The position numbers and the translations under genes are program-made. 18,328 nucleotides of DNA from a bacterium (GTDB lineage Bacteria > UBA8248), in NCBI GenBank assembly GCA_965202625.1, contig CBDBBI010000009.1:1-18328 (forward strand), given 5' to 3'. The notes beneath the pieces are model-generated. The model saw only the letters and a list, made by a program, of their open reading frames with translations, did no database searches and had not been told where the DNA came from. Positions 16,336 to 18,328 of the stretch are shown piece by piece (positions within the stretch are counted from its first letter, which is position 1; the number at the start of each line of letters is the position of its first letter).

Positions 16336-16875
16336 ATGAAGAAACGCATGGGGGAGCAGGTCTCATGCGAAGAATGGAACACAGAAGCATTCTTCAAGCA
16401 CGCTTCGGCGGCCGACGTTGCCCGCTGCCTTGCTGCCGGAGCGGACGTGAACGCACGGGGCAAGGCCGGATGGACGCCTCTGCACTGGGCGGCGGAGCAA
16501 AGCGAGACGCCCGAGGTCGTAGCCGCGCTCCTGAAAGCCGGAGCGAACGTGAACGCACGGGACAAGAATGGATGGACACCCCTGCACCGGGCGGCGAGGT
16601 TCAACCAGACGCCCGGTGTCGTAGCGGCACTTGTAAAGGCCGGAGCGGACCTGAACGCGCGGGATACTAAATACGGAGAGACGCCCCTGCACACGGCGGC
16701 ACTCAGCGAGACGCCCGGTGTCGTGGCAGCGCTCCTGAAAGCCGGAGCGGACGTGAACGCACGGGACGAATGGGGAATGACGCCACTGCACGCGGCGGAG
16801 GAGTGGAACAAGACTCCCGGAGTTATAGCGGTGCTCCTGAAGGCCGGAGCGAAGGTGGACGCGCGGTTCAGATAA
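16336..16875 (+). CDS. Ankyrin-repeat protein ANK7 lacking signal h-region and C-cap (4 repeats)
   Basis: MKKRMGEQVSCEEWNT (hydrophobic core deleted), 4 repeats, and ends AKVDARFR* without the TPWDY cap. Confidence 0.85.
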   Translation: MKKRMGEQVSCEEWNTEAFFKHASAADVARCLAAGADVNARGKAGWTPLHWAAEQSETPEVVAALLKAGANVNARDKNGWTPLHRAARFNQTPGVVAALVKAGADLNARDTKYGETPLHTAALSETPGVVAALLKAGADVNARDEWGMTPLHAAEEWNKTPGVIAVLLKAGAKVDARFR

Positions 16876-17001
16876 AGGGCGCAGCGTAGCCGGACAAAAA
16901 CATTGCATGGCCTGCAAAAGCCGTTTTTCGGGGCGTGAACGGCTTATGAAACGGCCGTGAAAGGGCGTTGCAAAAGCCGTTCAAGGCAGGGCGTCGGGCG
17001 C

Positions 17002-18240
17002 CTACACCACGACGTGTTCGCGCGCGGGTTCGCCCAGGTGCGTCATGCCCGTCTCGGTGACGAGGACGGTGTATTCCGCGTGGACGCCGCCCTCGCCGAA
17101 CCTGCCGGAGGGCAACTCCACCGAGAGCACGGCGCCGGCGGGCAGCGGAATGTCCGAATCTGGAGGCAGAAACGGGTCGTCGAGCTTGACAGGCTCGCTC
17201 AGCGTCCAGGGCAGCTCGCGCGCCTCGATTCCGATGGTGTGTCCGCAGAAGGAGCCGTTGTAGCGGGGCAGCCCGGATTTTCTTGCCGCCGCGACCGCCG
17301 CGCGAAAAATAGCGGAGGGCCGCACTCCCGCCCTGATCGCGCCCAGGGCGGCCTCGAGCCCCGCCTGAATCGCGCGCCACTGCGCCTTGCGCTCCGCGTT
17401 CGGCTCGCCGAACGAACCGCAGCAGCCCACGTCCGCGCAGTAGTGGTTCAGCCGCATTCCGGCGTCAAAGAAAAAGCCGTCGCCTGGTGCGAACCTCCTG
17501 TCAGAGGGCGGAAAAATGGAGGCCGAGCGCCTGCCGCCGCCCAGGTGAAACCAGCTCCACTTCCCGCCGCCCTCAGCGACGGTCCGATAATAACGGCGCG
17601 CCGCCTCGCGCTCGGTGCGCCCCGGGGCCATCTCCGCATGGAAGGCGGCGACCGCCCGCTCGTTCAAAAGCGCGGCGGCCCGCATCCGCTCGACCTCCTC
17701 CGGCGTCTTTTGCAGGCGAATGAGCCGAAACAAATGGGAGGCGTCCAGAAAAGACGCGCCCGGCACAGCCGCCTCGGCGCGCGCGCGCGTGCTGGGGCGC
17801 ACCCCCTCGCCGTCGAGTGCCACCCTGCCGCTCGATAGGCCCCGCTCCCGCAAAACTCTGAGAAGCGCGTCCGTCGCACTCCCCTCGCGCGGGGCGTCCT
17901 CGGCGATGAGGGATACGTAATTCCTCTCCTCCTCGTTGGCGCCTCTCTCGCCGGGCGGCACGTCGAGTGCCGAGCGGGGGCCATACCCCCGCACGTCCTC
18001 TATCCATGAACCCATGGCCGCGTAGTAGGTCTCGTCCTGCCGGGAGAGTATGAGGGCGGGCGGAGAGTCCTGATTCCGAAAGAACAGGGCGAAGGTCTCC
18101 GTCACAGCGTCTCCGTAGGTCTCCTGTGCCCACCCTTGAAAGCCGGAGAGATAGAGGACGTTGTGCCGCGTCGTCGCTATCAGCGCGTCGAGGTCGAACC
18201 TCTCCATGAACCCAAGGGCGCGTTCCCGGTGAAAGAGCAT
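17002..18240 (-). CDS. M24 family (Xaa-Pro peptidase/creatinase-like) metallopeptidase
   Basis: N-terminal LDALIATTRHNVLYLSGF, IRLQKTPEEVERMRAAA, and pita-bread metal ligands FDAG...YCADVG, GHTIG, LSVE and GVHAEYTVLVTETG. ATG 18240 has an upstream GAGG; the ORF track starts at TTG 18252. Confidence 0.9.
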   Translation of the reverse strand: MLFHRERALGFMERFDLDALIATTRHNVLYLSGFQGWAQETYGDAVTETFALFFRNQDSPPALILSRQDETYYAAMGSWIEDVRGYGPRSALDVPPGERGANEEERNYVSLIAEDAPREGSATDALLRVLRERGLSSGRVALDGEGVRPSTRARAEAAVPGASFLDASHLFRLIRLQKTPEEVERMRAAALLNERAVAAFHAEMAPGRTEREAARRYYRTVAEGGGKWSWFHLGGGRRSASIFPPSDRRFAPGDGFFFDAGMRLNHYCADVGCCGSFGEPNAERKAQWRAIQAGLEAALGAIRAGVRPSAIFRAAVAAARKSGLPRYNGSFCGHTIGIEARELPWTLSEPVKLDDPFLPPDSDIPLPAGAVLSVELPSGRFGEGGVHAEYTVLVTETGMTHLGEPAREHVVV

Positions 18241-18328
18241 GGTCTGCCTCAAATAAAGAGAAAAGGACGGGGGAATCCCTTTTGACTCAGGCGTTCAGCC
18301 TCCCCTCCTGTCCCGCACTTGCCCCCCT

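Noticed and set aside
8541-16875. CRISPR array or DGR template/variable repeats
   Set aside because: The repeats are in-frame protein-coding units without unique spacers; there is no cas gene or reverse transcriptase in the window and differences are not adenine-restricted.
8465-16917. Many long antisense and off-frame ORFs over the ankyrin array (e.g. 8465-9961 -, 14873-15982 -, 11310-12209 +)
   Set aside because: Shadow ORFs expected from GC-rich, 102-bp-periodic coding repeats that lack stops in other frames; no RBS or independent protein features.
8469-16995. Ankyrin array as an integron cassette array (GTTGCGA/GTTGAGA/GTTAAGA before some RBSs)
   Set aside because: No RYYYAAC inverse core after the stop codons, GTT is not conserved in all spacers, there is no intI, and the cargo genes are all paralogs.
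16957-17838. Plus-strand 293-aa ORF
   Set aside because: Antisense shadow of the M24 peptidase; Arg/Ala/Gly-rich with no recognisable domain.

Overview
GC-rich bacterial window with three parts. (1) 1-1807: the end of a flavin-enzyme cluster (LLM-class monooxygenase, flavin reductase-like protein, pdxH). (2) 1811-6768: a lower-GC accessory island between the convergent pdxH (+) and a bi-cupin gene (-). It holds three unrelated defence-like cassettes: a membrane protein plus ThsB-like TIR; an ABC/AAA ATPase plus PD-(D/E)XK-like protein; and an AbiJ-N/HEPN-like protein. The cassettes are separated by two copies of a chimeric repeat made of the cupin 3' end fused to the pdxH 3' end at a 12-bp microhomology. 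No integrase or transposase is present, so this looks like an integrase-free cassette array. (3) 7809-16875: a HEPN gene followed by seven tandem paralogous ankyrin-repeat genes (54 internal repeats by manual count). They have a near-invariant framework, hypervariable DARPin-like surface positions, N- and C-caps, segments shared between paralogs, and secreted, lipoprotein, signal-less and fused variants. A convergent M24 peptidase closes the window. All family calls come from reading motifs; no searches were run. A host-associated lifestyle (e.g. sponge symbiont) is only an inference.
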